A stretch of 64,000 bases of DNA from Phycisphaerae bacterium. GTDB taxonomy: Bacteria; Planctomycetota; Phycisphaerae; Phycisphaerales; SM1A02. Location of the stretch: positions 4,126-68,125 of the forward strand of contig VGXL01000001.1 of assembly GCA_016873315.1 (NCBI GenBank), read 5' to 3'. Made by a program: the position numbers and the translations under genes. Below the pieces are notes generated by a model, which was not told the DNA's origin, did not search any database, and was given only the letters and a program-made list of their open reading frames with translations. How positions within the stretch are numbered: the stretch's first letter is position 1; each line of letters starts with the position of its first letter. Shown piece after piece: positions 30,929 to 40,835 of this stretch.

Positions 30929-31717
30929 TCAGTTTCCCGTGGGGTTCGGTCCAGTCGGCGCGGGTTCGCCGCCCGGGACAATCTTGCGACGCATCGGCGC
31001 GCCGCCACCACCCACACCAGAACCCATCTTCGGCGTGTCGCTCGCTTCGTCGGACGGCGTCGTCTTCTGCGGTGGTGCGATGACCTCTTCCGGCTCATCG
31101 GCACGCGCCAAGTACTTCGAGACGACATCGAACCAAGCCTTGACCCAGTCGTTGCCCGACAACTTGCCGATCATGTCGGGCAAGCACGGCTCGGCGGTGA
31201 AGGTGCCGCTCTCGTCGTCGCTTGCGGTGAAGGTCCACATGGCGACCTGGTCGTCACCTGTGCCATACGAGAAGACGGCGAGCGCACAGTCGGCGCCATC
31301 GGGGCTGCTGCCCCAGCGGCAATCGGCCTTGGTCACGCCTTCGGTCGCGCGCTTCCACGAACCATCGTTGACCATTTCCGTCAGGATGGCCTTGTCGTCG
31401 TCGCTCAACATCGGGTCGACCTTGGCCTGTTCGCCGCGAACGACGCCGTCCATGAACTTGAGCATGGCGATGCGCTCGGGGTCAGCGGGCGGGGCGAGCT
31501 CTTCAGGCAGGACGACGCGCTGGTCGATGCCGTAGCGCTCCATGAGTTCTGCGATGCTCGTGACCGCCGGCGGTGGCGGCGGCGGCGGCTCGGGCTCGAC
31601 ATGCACGACCGGCGGCGGCGGGGGCGGTGCTTCCTCACCGCAGGCGATGAACGCGAGCGGCGCGAGCAGGGCGCAGCGGCGGAAGAAGTCAGGCAGCGAC
31701 AGGGTCGGGCTGGTCAT
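30929..31717 (-). CDS. Pro-rich lipoprotein of unknown function
   Basis: MTSPTLSLPDFFRRCALLAPLAFIAC (lipobox) followed by PPPPPPVVHVEPEPPPPPPP. GAGGTG lies 7 nt upstream. The start overlaps the last 29 nt of fabD. Confidence 0.6.
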   Translation of the reverse strand: MTSPTLSLPDFFRRCALLAPLAFIACGEEAPPPPPPVVHVEPEPPPPPPPAVTSIAELMERYGIDQRVVLPEELAPPADPERIAMLKFMDGVVRGEQAKVDPMLSDDDKAILTEMVNDGSWKRATEGVTKADCRWGSSPDGADCALAVFSYGTGDDQVAMWTFTASDDESGTFTAEPCLPDMIGKLSGNDWVKAWFDVVSKYLARADEPEEVIAPPQKTTPSDEASDTPKMGSGVGGGGAPMRRKIVPGGEPAPTGPNPTGN

Positions 31718-32633
31718 GGCTGGTCACCTCGCAGGTTCGATCGATCCGCTTCATGAGGCCCTTCAGGACGGAGCCTGGAGCGACCTCGCGGTAGGACACC
31801 ACTGTACCGCCCGAGCGCATCGCAGCGATGAGGTTAGTGCAGGATTGGCTCCAACGGACCGGGGCCGTGAGCTGTTCAACGAGTAGCCGCTTGATCGTGG
31901 CCGTGTCCTGACCGTGCGGGCGGGCCGTCACATTGCTCCAAACGGGGCAGGACGGCGCGGCGAATGCGGTTTCATCGAGTGCCTTGGCCAAGCGTTCGGC
32001 CGCGGGCTGCATCAGTGGACTGTGGAAGGCGCCTGCGACGACCAGCTTGGCGGCGCGCAGCCCCAAGTCGCCCGCCACGGTGACCGCGCGATCGCACGCG
32101 GTCGCGTGACCGCTGAGCACAATCTGCCCGGGAGCGTTGAAGTTTGCGCAAACGAGCACATCGCCCTGCGCCGCCTTGGAACAGACTTCAAGCGCTTTCT
32201 CCTCATCGGCGCCGATCAGGGCGACCATGCCGCCCTGGCTCGCTTCGGCGGCGTCCTGCATGAAACGGCCACGCAGCGAAACAAGTCGAAGTCCATCCTC
32301 GAAACTGAATGAGCCAGCGAGATGGAGCGCGGTGTACTCGCCCAGCGAGAGACCAGCGGCCGCGGCAAGCGAGAGCGGAGCGCGCTCGCGCATGGCCGCA
32401 GCGCACGCCACGCCCACGGTGTAGAGCGCCGGCTGGCTGATGTCCGTGCGGCTGAGAAGATCGAGCGGCCCCTGGGCGCAGATCGCCGACAGAGCTGCCC
32501 CATTGGGCAGCGACACGGCGCGATCGGCGGTCTCGATGATGGCGCGCGCTGCGCTGCTCGCGGCCGCCCATGCGGTGCCCATGCCGACGGCTTGCGCTCC
32601 TTGACCCGGGCAAAGAAGAACGGTCTGACTCAT
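31689..32633 (-). CDS. fabD: Malonyl-CoA:ACP transacylase
   Basis: Trimmed to MSQTVLLCPGQGAQ (ATG 32631-32633). Motifs: GLSLGEYTAL (active Ser), APGQIVLSG, AFHSPLM. Confidence 0.92.
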   Translation of the reverse strand: MSQTVLLCPGQGAQAVGMGTAWAAASSAARAIIETADRAVSLPNGAALSAICAQGPLDLLSRTDISQPALYTVGVACAAAMRERAPLSLAAAAGLSLGEYTALHLAGSFSFEDGLRLVSLRGRFMQDAAEASQGGMVALIGADEEKALEVCSKAAQGDVLVCANFNAPGQIVLSGHATACDRAVTVAGDLGLRAAKLVVAGAFHSPLMQPAAERLAKALDETAFAAPSCPVWSNVTARPHGQDTATIKRLLVEQLTAPVRWSQSCTNLIAAMRSGGTVVSYREVAPGSVLKGLMKRIDRTCEVTSHDQPDPVAA

Positions 32634-32673
32634 GGAATCTCCTGTCGTGTCGGCAGCGATGCCGGCGGATGCG

Positions 32674-33669
32674 TCACTTGTTCCACACACAGCTGGCCCA
32701 GGTCAGGCCGCCACCGAAGGCGACCAAGATGAAGGGCTTGCCGTCGGGTGTCTTGCCTGCGCGATTCAATTCGTCCAAGCACAGCCCGACCGAGCCCGCG
32801 CTCGTGTTGCCGTAGTGATCGATGTTGACCAGCACCTTCTCGCGCGGAAGGTCGAGCTTCTCGATGGCGCTCTCGATGATGCGGGCGTTGGATTGATGGC
32901 AGATGATCTGGCTGACATCGTCGACCTTGAGTCCAGTCTTCTGGAAGGCGTCTTCGATGACTTCGCGGAAACGGTTCACCGCGAATTTGTAGACCTCGCG
33001 GCCGTTCATGCGCAGGTTGCCCAGACGGATCGGGTTGCCGCGGTCGCACTCCGGCACGATGTCCGGGCGGTAGGGCATGTACAGGTGTTCCCAGCTCGCG
33101 CCGTCGGCGCTCATGGTCTGGTACTGGCAGCCCTTGGAGGGATCATCGCAACGCTCAAGGACCACGGCCCCCGCGGCGTCGCCGAACAAGATGCTCACGG
33201 TGCGGTCCGTGTAGTCGACGACCGACGAGATGGCATCGCAGCCGATCGCGAGCACGCGGCGCGCGCGTCCGGCGCGGATGATCGAGTCAGCGACATTGAC
33301 GGAGTAGACGAATCCGCAGCAGGCAGCGGCAACATCGAAAGCGCCAGCAGGCGTTGCGCCGAGGGCCGCCGCCACGCGGCACGCCGTGCTCGGGCAGAGC
33401 ATCTCGCCCGTGACGGTGCCGACGATGACGAGGTCGATGTCGCTGGCCTTGATGCCCGCCATGTCAAGTGCGCGCTGGCCAGCACGACAAGCCAGATTGA
33501 AGACCGGGTCGGGGGCGCCCGCCGAAACGCGGCGCTCGCGAATGCCCGTGCGCTGCGCGATCCACTCATCACTCGTGTCGAGGATGCGCGCGAGGTCGTT
33601 GTTGGTCAGGATGGTGTCGGGGACAGCCGAGCCAGTCCCCGCGAGCCGGACGCCGCAGGGCTGAATCAT
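32674..33669 (-). CDS. fabH: 3-oxoacyl-ACP synthase III
   Basis: Trimmed to MIQPCGVRLAGTG. The ATG overlaps the plsX TGA (ATGA). Motifs: AACCGFVY (Cys), CHQSNARI (His), GNTSAGS (Asn). Confidence 0.92.
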   Translation of the reverse strand: MIQPCGVRLAGTGSAVPDTILTNNDLARILDTSDEWIAQRTGIRERRVSAGAPDPVFNLACRAGQRALDMAGIKASDIDLVIVGTVTGEMLCPSTACRVAAALGATPAGAFDVAAACCGFVYSVNVADSIIRAGRARRVLAIGCDAISSVVDYTDRTVSILFGDAAGAVVLERCDDPSKGCQYQTMSADGASWEHLYMPYRPDIVPECDRGNPIRLGNLRMNGREVYKFAVNRFREVIEDAFQKTGLKVDDVSQIICHQSNARIIESAIEKLDLPREKVLVNIDHYGNTSAGSVGLCLDELNRAGKTPDGKPFILVAFGGGLTWASCVWNK

Positions 33670-34682
33670 GCCTGGGCCGCCGTGCGCGACGCAAGGCGCC
33701 TGACGAGCGTGTCGTTGATCCCCGCGGCGACGAACTGCTTGCAACGCAACACGGCGTTCATGATCGTGCGAGCCTGGCTCGAGCCGTGGCTGATGAGGCA
33801 GGTGCCGTTCACGCCAAGAAGCGGCGCGCCGCCGTACTCGTGATAGTCGTACTTCGCGTAGAGGCTCTTGACGACCGGGTCGAGCCGTGCAGCGAGTGAC
33901 GGATCGATCTCGAGCACTTCCGTCGCGAGGGCGCGGAAGATGCCAGCCGACAGTCCCTCGGCGAGCTTGATCATGACGTTGCCGACCACACCGTTGGTGA
34001 TGACGACATCGGCTTCGCCGTCAAAGACCCCTCGGCCTTCGACGAAGCCGATGAAGTTGACATTGGGCGTGTTTTCCAGCAATTCCCGGGCTTCCTTCGC
34101 ATCGGCAGTGCCCTTGTTGGCTTCGCCACCGACATTCATCAAAGCCACGCGCGGCTGCTTGATGCCGAGGATGTCGTGGGCATACACATCACCCATGACG
34201 CCGTACTGCGCAAGGTGCGCCGGCTTGGGCTCGATGTTCGCACCGACATCGATCAGGACGACCGGACCGGCGAAGGTCGGGATGGTGCAGGCGATGCCCG
34301 GACGGATCACGCCGGGCAGGCGACGCAGATACATCTGCGCACCAGCCACGCAGGCACCCGTGTTGCCAGCGCTCAAGATCGCGTCGAGCCGTTGGGCGTG
34401 CCCTGGGGCGCCCATCTTGCTCATCACGGTGATCGACGAGTCTTCCTTGTTGCGGATGCCGTCGACAGGCGACTCATCCATGCCAATGACCTGCGATGTG
34501 AAGATGCACTGAACGCGCGGATCGTTGATTCCGCGCTCACTGAGTGTGTCCTCAATGGCGCCGCGATCACCCAGCAGCACGAGAGTGTCGTCATCAGCGA
34601 GGCGAGGAAGGGCCTGCAACGCGCCCTTCAGGATCTCGTCCGGGGCGTGATCGCCCCCCATGACGTCGACGCCGATGCGCAT
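33666..34682 (-). CDS. plsX: Phosphate acyltransferase PlsX
   Basis: 338 aa, MRIGVDVMGGDHAP..., starting directly after the rpmF stop. Confidence 0.92.
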   Translation of the reverse strand: MRIGVDVMGGDHAPDEILKGALQALPRLADDDTLVLLGDRGAIEDTLSERGINDPRVQCIFTSQVIGMDESPVDGIRNKEDSSITVMSKMGAPGHAQRLDAILSAGNTGACVAGAQMYLRRLPGVIRPGIACTIPTFAGPVVLIDVGANIEPKPAHLAQYGVMGDVYAHDILGIKQPRVALMNVGGEANKGTADAKEARELLENTPNVNFIGFVEGRGVFDGEADVVITNGVVGNVMIKLAEGLSAGIFRALATEVLEIDPSLAARLDPVVKSLYAKYDYHEYGGAPLLGVNGTCLISHGSSQARTIMNAVLRCKQFVAAGINDTLVRRLASRTAAQA

Positions 34683-34868
34683 TTAGGCGTCCTGGCCACC
34701 AAGCTTCAGCTGCAGGCCGGGTCGGACATAGCCGCACGCCATGCACGAAGCATGCGGACGCTTGGCAGCGCCACAGTTGGGGCACAGGGTGGTGTGCACC
34801 GGCTTGAGGGCCTGGTGCGCACGGCGACGACGCTTGCGGCCGGGCGAGGTTCGGAAGGCGGGATTCAT
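34683..34868 (-). CDS. rpmF: 50S ribosomal protein L32
   Basis: Trimmed to MNPAFRTSPGRKRRRRAH... with the CPNCG...CMACG zinc ribbon. rpmF-plsX synteny is conserved. Confidence 0.85.
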   Translation of the reverse strand: MNPAFRTSPGRKRRRRAHQALKPVHTTLCPNCGAAKRPHASCMACGYVRPGLQLKLGGQDA

Positions 34869-34988
34869 GGCTGGCTCCGTGGTCGGTGCGCGCACAACAT
34901 GGCGCGCTGTGTCGAGCGGGGCAGTCTAGGGGAACCCGGCCGCAAGTCAAGGAGTGGACGGGTCTTCCTATAACACGGAAGCGGACCG

Positions 34989-35017
34989 TTGCAGCGGAGC
35001 CGAGGCTTCGCTAGTCT
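34989..35017 (+). promoter_or_regulatory. Possible sigma70-type promoter for rpsL (TTGCAG-17 nt-TAGTCT)
   Basis: Hexamers read directly. The -10 ends 25 nt before the rpsL ATG. Same architecture as the folC candidate. Untested. Confidence 0.3.
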
Positions 35018-35042
35018 TGTCGACCCTTCACTTCAAACGCCA

Positions 35043-35429
35043 ATGCCGACCATCAACCAACTCGTTCGCAAGCCCCGCCGCTCTCCCGCCACCAAGTCCA
35101 AGGTGCGCGAACTTGCTGCCTGCCCGCAAAAGCGTGGCGTGTGCCTGCAGGTCAAGACGGTCAGCCCCAAGAAGCCGAACTCCGCGCTCCGCAAGGTGTG
35201 CCGCGTTCGCCTGAGCAATGGCCGCGAAGTGACTGCCTACATCGGCGGCGAAGGCCACAACTTGCAGGAGCACTCGATCGTGCTCGTGCGCGGTGGCCGT
35301 GTGCGTGACCTTCCTGGCGTGCGATACCACGTGGTGCGCGGTGCGCTCGACTGCCTCGGCGTCGACGGCCGCAAGAAGAGCCGCTCGTGCTACGGCGTGA
35401 AGAAGAAGGCCGCTGCCGCGAAGAAGTGA
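35043..35429 (+). CDS. rpsL: 30S ribosomal protein S12
   Basis: Reads [13 protein letters not shown]...[19 protein letters not shown]...[14 protein letters not shown]. Confidence 0.97.
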   Translation: MPTINQLVRKPRRSPATKSKVRELAACPQKRGVCLQVKTVSPKKPNSALRKVCRVRLSNGREVTAYIGGEGHNLQEHSIVLVRGGRVRDLPGVRYHVVRGALDCLGVDGRKKSRSCYGVKKKAAAAKK

Positions 35430-35450
35430 TCGCGCAGCGATGATGAATCA

Positions 35451-35512
35451 CCCGCGGGCAACCGCGGGATCAGCCCCGGGATCGTCCCGGGCCGTGCAGG
35501 CCGGTCGCCTGC
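35451..35512 (+). promoter_or_regulatory. Three consecutive GC hairpins in the rpsL-rpsG spacer (candidate S7 autoregulatory or processing structure)
   Basis: cccgcgg/ccgcggg (35451-35468), cccggg/cccggg (35475-35491) and gcaggc/gcctgc (35496-35512), within a 175-nt spacer. Confidence 0.4.
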
Positions 35513-35604
35513 GACAACCCAAGTAACGATGCTCCCCAGTCCGGGCATGTCCAACGCCCGAGCATCGTGAAACCAACCGGGCCATTGGCCCAGAGGACCC
35601 AGAG

Positions 35605-36096
<492 letters not shown>

Positions 36097-36131
36097 TCAC
36101 GGGCCGCACACGGCCAATCAAGTCTTCGACG

Positions 36132-36164
36132 CAGGGCGAGCCATCTGGCTCGCCCTGTTTCGTT
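36132..36164 (+). terminator. Rho-independent terminator after rpsG
   Basis: Perfect 11-bp stem cagggcgagcc / ggctcgccctg with loop atct, followed by tttcgtt. Confidence 0.8.
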
Positions 36165-36186
36165 GGTGCGTTGTTCGCGTGAACCA

Positions 36187-36594
36187 TCAGGTCGACAGGA
36201 CGATCACACCCGCTGCGCACAGGATGAAGTAGGGCACGAGCGCGGCTGCGCCCGCGTAGTCCTTGGCCAGTCGTTGTCCAAGGAACAGCATCACGATGTT
36301 CAGCGTCGCCAGTTGCGCGCCCGTGACGGCCCACTGCGCGTTTCCGGCAAGGGCGAGTCTGACCGTGCCAGCGGCGCACAGTGCGCCGGCTGCGACTTCG
36401 GTCACGGTGACGACGATCAACATGGCCTTGACCTGACCCTTCAGCGGGGACTTGCCAAAGTGCCCCTGAAGCCAAGCAAGGTTGCCGGCGAAGTCGACGA
36501 CCTTGTCGATGCCAGACTGAAGGAACAGGATGGCCAGCATGGCACCAGTCAGGAGTTGGACCGAGACGCGGGGCTCGAGAAGATCATCTGTCAT
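36187..36594 (-). CDS. DoxX family membrane protein
   Basis: 135 aa with 4 hydrophobic helices. AILFLQSGIDKV is a DoxX-like opening. Confidence 0.6.
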   Translation of the reverse strand: MTDDLLEPRVSVQLLTGAMLAILFLQSGIDKVVDFAGNLAWLQGHFGKSPLKGQVKAMLIVVTVTEVAAGALCAAGTVRLALAGNAQWAVTGAQLATLNIVMLFLGQRLAKDYAGAAALVPYFILCAAGVIVLST

Positions 36595-36674
36595 GTCGCG
36601 GGGAATCCTAGACTGAAGGTCGATGGCGCCGTCGTCTCCAGTCTTCTGTTTGTCGTCCTCGCACCACGAGGGTC

Positions 36675-37709
36675 GTGATCATGGATGACGGACGGCATGT
36701 GCGTCAGCGGCTCGTCGCGGGCTTCGGTGGGGGCGCCCAAGACTGCCTGCGTGCATCGAGCGTCCTGATCGCAGGGTGCGGCGCGCTGGGCTGTTTGATC
36801 GCGGACCAGGTCGTGCGCGCGGGCGTCGGCCGAGTCGTCATCGTGGACCGCGACATCGTTGAGCCGAGCAACTTGCAGCGGCAATCGTTGTTCGCGACCG
36901 CCGACCTGGGCGTGCCGAAGGCTCTTGCCGCACGAGCTCGGCTGGAAGCCGTTGATCCAACAGTGCGCATCGAGGCGTGGGTCGACTCGATCGATCGAGA
37001 GTCGATTGAGGACTACATCGCCGACATGGATCTGGTCTTCGACGGCTTCGACGCGATGGAGCCGCGATACCTGCTCAACGATGTCTGTGTGCGCGATCGT
37101 GTCCCGTGGGTGTACTGCGCCGCGATCGCCACGCAGGCGCGCGCCATGCTCGTGCAACCCGACGGTCCATGTCTTCGATGCGTGTGGCCCGATCCGCCGC
37201 CATCAGGCGCGCTCGGCACCTGTGACACAGCGGGCGTGCTCGGCTCGACGGTTGCCATCGCCGCGGGGGCCAGCGTGTCGCTCGGGCTTCCGGTGTTGGC
37301 AGGCGGCAAGCCGGGAGCTCCAGCGCTGATCAGCGTGGACACTGCCGACGGTTCCTGGCGTTCGATCTCGGTCTCGCGTGATCCCGCGTGTCCGTGTTGC
37401 GGTCATCGGCGCTTCGATTGGCTCGAGGGCGCATGGGGAGCAGGAACGGCAGTGCTCTGCGGACGCAACGCAGTGCAGATTCGTCCGGCTGTCGAGTCGC
37501 TGCTCGATGAGGCGGGGTGGCTACAACGCTTGGCCCAGGCCGGGTCGTTCGCCGCTGGTCAGGGACTGGTTCGAGGTTCGCTGGATCCGTCACTGACGAG
37601 CGGGCTGCCGCTCGAGCTCACAGTCTTCGTCGATGGCAGGGCCGTGGTCCACGGCACGAGCGATCCCGCGGTCGCCGCGACGGTCTGTGCGCGTGTGCTC
37701 GGCGGATGA
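36675..37709 (+). CDS. ThiF/MoeB-family E1-like adenylyltransferase (long form)
   Basis: Motifs: GCGALGCLIADQVVRAGVGRVVIVDRD, EPSNLQRQ, and zinc pairs CLRC and CPCC. The C-terminal AVLCGRNAVQIRP...VFVDGRAVVHGT tail matches my recollection of long Bacillus-type MoeB/ThiF. GTG 36675 or ATG 36681. Confidence 0.8.
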   Translation: MIMDDGRHVRQRLVAGFGGGAQDCLRASSVLIAGCGALGCLIADQVVRAGVGRVVIVDRDIVEPSNLQRQSLFATADLGVPKALAARARLEAVDPTVRIEAWVDSIDRESIEDYIADMDLVFDGFDAMEPRYLLNDVCVRDRVPWVYCAAIATQARAMLVQPDGPCLRCVWPDPPPSGALGTCDTAGVLGSTVAIAAGASVSLGLPVLAGGKPGAPALISVDTADGSWRSISVSRDPACPCCGHRRFDWLEGAWGAGTAVLCGRNAVQIRPAVESLLDEAGWLQRLAQAGSFAAGQGLVRGSLDPSLTSGLPLELTVFVDGRAVVHGTSDPAVAATVCARVLGG

Positions 37710-37746
37710 TCGACGGCACGGCACCGTCGGTACGATTTTGAGCATC

Positions 37747-38247
37747 ATGGGAGTCTTCGCCAGCAGCATCGCGCATGGCTGCCTCGTCACGCTCGGCTAC
37801 GCGGACAAGCTCTGCCACGGCATTCCTGCCGACTCGTTCTCGCGCATGCCGTTCAAGGACATGAACAGTGCAGCGTTCAACATCGGGCACTTGAGCATCT
37901 ACCCCGCTCGCATGGCGGCCTTGATCGGTCACGAGGGAACAATCTCGAATCCCGAAGGCTGGGAGGATCTTTTCAAGGCGGGTGCGCCCTGTGTTGATGC
38001 GGGCACCTATCCGATGAAAGACGCGCTCATCGCCCATTACCGAGCCAGCCATCAGAAAGTGGCGGAACTGCTCACGGAACTCGACGATGCCGTGCTTGCG
38101 GGGCCGAATCCCGCGGAGGGCGCGCTGAAGGAACGCTTCCCTGTGCTGGGTCAGGCCGTGCTCTTCCTGTGCAACAACCATCAGATGATGCACCTAGGGC
38201 AGGTCAGTGCGTGGCGCCGTGCGATGGGACTCGGGAGCGCGATGTGA
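37747..38247 (+). CDS. DinB-family (four-helix-bundle) protein
   Basis: ORF trimmed to ATG 37747. FNIGHLSIYP ... FLCNNHQMMHLGQVSAWRR fits DinB-type His motifs. Confidence 0.6.
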   Translation: MGVFASSIAHGCLVTLGYADKLCHGIPADSFSRMPFKDMNSAAFNIGHLSIYPARMAALIGHEGTISNPEGWEDLFKAGAPCVDAGTYPMKDALIAHYRASHQKVAELLTELDDAVLAGPNPAEGALKERFPVLGQAVLFLCNNHQMMHLGQVSAWRRAMGLGSAM

Positions 38248-40826
38248 CGCTGCTTGCCCGGCTCGCGCTCGTAGCGTGGGTGACGGCGCTCCTTCTGTCG
38301 ACGACGGCGATCGCGCAGTACCCGGGTCTTTCGGTCGAGCCCCTCGACATCAGTGCGCTCGCGCGCATGCTGCATGAGGAGACGGGCACTGAGCCCGCGG
38401 ATTGGGATGCGTTCGAGCGCGCGCACAAGGACTATGTTGAGCGCCATGCACCGCTCGTTGAGCGATCGTGCAAGGCGATCAAGGACTCCGACGGCCAGTA
38501 CGAGCGCCAGCGGATGGCGTCGGTCGAGTTGCAGTTGGCGCAACAAGATCTTGATGGCGCGTTGTTCGCGACGATCGCAGCGATGATGCCGGCCGATGCC
38601 GCAGCAGGCATTGAACGGGTGCGTGTGCGCAGGGAGTTTGCGCTCACCGCACGCATGAGCGCCTGGTGCGGACAAGTCATGGCCTTCGATGCGGCCGCAT
38701 CGCTTCAGCGGTCCCTTCAGGATGATGCAATGCGATGGTCGGAGCTGAAATCCGAGGTCGATCGTCATCGGCTCGGTCGGCGGGATCTTGTGCGTCGCAT
38801 CGTGCGCGGCGTTGGTGAAGCGCTCGAGTGCAGTGAGCGCAACGCGGCGCAGCAGCAGTCGATCTGGTCGGAGTACCAGGAGCTCTCCGATCGGATGACC
38901 GATGCGGCGCGTGAGGCTGAAGCAGAAGGGGCGCGTGAGCTTGGCGCAGCGGGTGGAGCGGACGCTGCAGCCGCTCGGGCAACGGAATCAGGTGACCAGA
39001 GCAGGACAGGAACTGGAGCGGTCAGTCCCCACGAACTCCTTGAGTCGCTTGAGCGTGACCAACAAGCCTTGCTCGATCGATGGGCGGCGCTGCACAATGA
39101 ATGCTGGCAGGATGTGAGCACAGCGATGGCGTGCGAGGTGGAGCATGAAGTCGCTCTGTTCACTGCGCTGTCGCCGCGCCTGACGCCGATGCAGCGCATG
39201 ACCTGGCGGCGGGCTGTGGCCAACGAACTGAGCGTGCCGGATGACCGAAGTCTTGGTGTGGAGCAGTTCGCGCTCGCGTTGCTGCGGGCGCCGGGGGTCG
39301 ATCAGCCCTTGCGCGACCGGATCATGACCGCGCTGACGATGTGGGCCGAAGAGGATGGTGCGGCGCAGGTGGCCATGTTCCGAACGGGCGGCGAGCGTCA
39401 AGCAGAGCAGTACCGCTGGCGTTTCGGTTCGAACGAGCAGTCGGCGGCGACGCTCGCCTTCACAGAGGGAACGGCTGTGCGTGAAGAACGAGCCGAGCGC
39501 GCGAAGGCTGCGCTTGCGGCGATGGTTTCATCGCAGCTCGGCGAAGAGGCCGTCGGCGCTGGGATGGCGGCGCTTGAGCAGTCCGCAGCCGAGGGTCAGA
39601 AGGTCGAGTTCGTCCTTGGCGAGGGACCGGAAGAGCCACAAGCCGATGACGATCGGGACCAATCGATGGATCCAGTCGGCGTCGCCCATCGGGCACGACC
39701 CACGCTGGTCCTTCTCGATCAGTTCATCGAAGCGTGCTCGATTCCTCAGGCGAAGGCTGACTCAATGCGAGCGTTGTTCGCGACCCATGAGTCGATCGTC
39801 GCAGCGATCGCCGATGGTGAGCTCGCGGCGCTGCGTGGGGAAGCGCAGATTGACCTCATGGAGCGGGTCAAGACGATGGACCTTGGTAGCGCGATGGCAG
39901 CCGTCGATGCCTACGCCGAGCAGGTCAGAGCGGAGGGTGCGCGGGTCCATGAGGCCGATGACGCCTTCTGGACTGCGCTGGGGGAACTTGCCGGCGAGAG
40001 CGTGCCTGACTTCGCGGTGGCGATGCGGGTGAGCGCGGGGCTCGCGCCGACTGACGGGGGATGGGCGGCTGTGCTCTCTCCCATTCCAGGCGATCCCGTC
40101 CGTGTTGCGATTCGGTGCGTGTCCGGCGATGCGCAGCGGCGTGCGGTACTCGCCGCCGTCGCAGCGATCGAAGCGTCCGAGGCCGCCTCGCGGGCTTCCA
40201 TTCAAACCATCATGGACGACATCTGGGCCGATTGGATGCGCAGTTCACTGCACTGGCAAGCGCGCGCAGATGTGAGTGACGAGGACCGTGCAGCGTTCGG
40301 CGAGGCCAGTCGTGTGCAATATGCCGAACGGATGGAGCGCCACGAGCGAGCGAATCGCGAGCGTGAGGCGTTGCGCGCTTCGCTGGTGCGTGACCTTGAA
40401 GGCGTCGTGGGTGCGCCACATGTGTGGCCACTTCGCCGAGCCCTCGCCGCGCAGGCCGCGCCCAATGGATTCCGAGATCGACAGCGAGTCATGCCAGTCC
40501 TCGATGGACTGCTCGCGGATCCCGCGCTTCCCGGCGGCGTGCGTGCGGATGCGCTCGGACTCAAGGATGACCTCGAGCCTGAACTTCGCCGCGCCGAGGA
40601 GCGATTGCTTGAATCGATGGATGCTCTTGTTCGGGAGGGGACGAAGGCGAGTCAGTGGGTCGATCAGAGTGTCGCGGTCCACGCCACATTGTGGAGTTGG
40701 TGGCTTCGCGACGAAGTCGAACGCCGTTGCGCTGAACGGCTCCGGCGGCTGGTGCCGGTCGGTGTGCTCCCGGACGCGACCCTGCGACCCATTCGAGAGG
40801 TGGAGCGTGGTCGCTACGGGATGTAG
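38244..40826 (+). CDS. Exported 860-aa Ala/Glu/Arg-rich helical protein, no recognisable domain
   Basis: GTG 38244 overlaps the DinB TGA (GTGA) and gives the signal-like VTLLARLALVAWVTALLLSTTAIAQ. The listed ATG 38169 would lie inside DinB. Confidence 0.6.
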   Translation: MTLLARLALVAWVTALLLSTTAIAQYPGLSVEPLDISALARMLHEETGTEPADWDAFERAHKDYVERHAPLVERSCKAIKDSDGQYERQRMASVELQLAQQDLDGALFATIAAMMPADAAAGIERVRVRREFALTARMSAWCGQVMAFDAAASLQRSLQDDAMRWSELKSEVDRHRLGRRDLVRRIVRGVGEALECSERNAAQQQSIWSEYQELSDRMTDAAREAEAEGARELGAAGGADAAAARATESGDQSRTGTGAVSPHELLESLERDQQALLDRWAALHNECWQDVSTAMACEVEHEVALFTALSPRLTPMQRMTWRRAVANELSVPDDRSLGVEQFALALLRAPGVDQPLRDRIMTALTMWAEEDGAAQVAMFRTGGERQAEQYRWRFGSNEQSAATLAFTEGTAVREERAERAKAALAAMVSSQLGEEAVGAGMAALEQSAAEGQKVEFVLGEGPEEPQADDDRDQSMDPVGVAHRARPTLVLLDQFIEACSIPQAKADSMRALFATHESIVAAIADGELAALRGEAQIDLMERVKTMDLGSAMAAVDAYAEQVRAEGARVHEADDAFWTALGELAGESVPDFAVAMRVSAGLAPTDGGWAAVLSPIPGDPVRVAIRCVSGDAQRRAVLAAVAAIEASEAASRASIQTIMDDIWADWMRSSLHWQARADVSDEDRAAFGEASRVQYAERMERHERANREREALRASLVRDLEGVVGAPHVWPLRRALAAQAAPNGFRDRQRVMPVLDGLLADPALPGGVRADALGLKDDLEPELRRAEERLLESMDALVREGTKASQWVDQSVAVHATLWSWWLRDEVERRCAERLRRLVPVGVLPDATLRPIREVERGRYGM

Positions 40827-40835
40827 CCTTCGGTC

